Below, piece by piece: positions 45,561 to 46,281 of a stretch of DNA of 46,281 bases. The notes beneath the pieces were generated by a model. The model made no database searches. It had not been told where the DNA came from and saw nothing but the letters and a program-made list of their open reading frames with translations. The stretch lies in sequence record SRR22947727_223; one strand, written 5' to 3'. Every line of letters begins with the position of its first letter. Position 1 is the first letter of the stretch. Both the position numbers and the translations under genes were made by a program.

Positions 45561-46004
45561 TTAATCCGTGTTTTTATAGGCTTTAAAATTTCCATTTTTA
45601 TAGCAAATAATAATAGATTCAATTTCTACTGGGTGGTTGCTTTGAATAGATTGAATCAAAGCATCATTAGATTGGTTTGAATGCACTTTAGGTTTTGTCC
45701 CATTGTTGCTCTTGTTTGTATTTATATTTTCAGAGTCTAAGACCATATCTTTTTTTGGTTGAAAATTTTCAGATAGGGTAGCAGGGAAATTTCCTAGACC
45801 GTTGAGTAGCCAATATAAATTTACTTCTGGAAATTGTTTAATTAGCTTAAGGACAAAATCTAGAGAGGGCTTGTTTCTTCCGGATAATAAATGTGAAATA
45901 CTGGACCTTTGTATGTCAATTTTATCTGCTAATGTAGCGGCAGAGAGCTGATAATAATCAATGATTATTTGCAATCTTTTTATGAAATCTGGACTGTTTA
46001 TCAT
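45561..46004 (-). CDS. XRE-family helix-turn-helix protein
   Basis: LADKIDIQRSSISHLLSGRNKPSLDF..WLLNG HTH, low-complexity linker and short C-terminal IIICYKNGNFKAY module. Confidence 0.88.
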   Translation of the reverse strand: MINSPDFIKRLQIIIDYYQLSAATLADKIDIQRSSISHLLSGRNKPSLDFVLKLIKQFPEVNLYWLLNGLGNFPATLSENFQPKKDMVLDSENINTNKSNNGTKPKVHSNQSNDALIQSIQSNHPVEIESIIICYKNGNFKAYKNTD

Positions 46005-46154
46005 TGTAACTTCAATATTTTAATAACAATAGTATTGTTGCTTTATTAAGGTTATTTTAACATTATTAATAGTATTATTACTTTAGATAAAGTATTTTAA
46101 ATCATTGATATTAAGTAATTTAATGCCGTATCATACTATTACTGATTGGATTAT

Positions 46155-46256
46155 TGACAAATGTAATTAAAAATCTGTTTCATGCACCCTAGATTTGTGA
46201 CAAATGTAAATTATTGTTTGTTACAATTGTAATTATTCTTATAGTTACATTTGTAA
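46155..46256. repeat. Array of four palindromic 12-mers TKACAWWTGTAA (putative protein-binding sites)
   Basis: TGACAAATGTAA at 46155 and 46198, TTACAATTGTAA at 46221 and TTACATTTGTAA at 46245, in very AT-rich non-coding DNA. Confidence 0.8.
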
Positions 46257-46281
46257 TTAATAACTGTATTTTGATAGATTC

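Noticed and set aside
46005-46281. CRISPR array or a firm oriC call
   Set aside because: The repeats are only 12 bp with irregular short spacers, no cas genes are present, and no canonical DnaA boxes are visible. The region is cut by the window edge.

Overview
An AT-rich, densely coding core-chromosome segment from a Flavobacteriaceae-like Bacteroidota. The assignment rests on recurring TAnnTTTG -7 promoter elements, Gln-after-signal-peptide proteins and Flavobacteria-type gene families. There are about 40 CDS, including a frameshifted prfB, ltaE, ptrB, uvrA, an ECF sigma factor, nth, bcp, folE, serC/serA, ychF and parE/parC. I saw no rRNA, tRNA, CRISPR array, IS or prophage. Main candidates: (1) a sulfonolipid (capnine) locus, where cysteate synthase-like and cysteate acyltransferase-like genes converge on a bacterial ceramide synthase-like GNAT and a COG4313-like barrel, which may supply the N-acylation and transport steps; (2) a His/CxxC/RPPP upstream ORF (CruR/DUF2946-like arrest-peptide candidate) leading a TonB receptor-surface lipoprotein operon; (3) a palindromic TKACAWWTGTAA repeat array upstream of a conserved XRE gene near topoisomerase IV, with a further copy 19 kb away; (4) a ParC tail with a 21-bp tandem repeat ending in a beta-clamp-like QxxLF motif; (5) several enzymes lacking metal ligands (Cys-free Nth, pseudo-dihydroorotase, UvrA without one Zn module). 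All family assignments come from motif recognition by eye; no database search was run.
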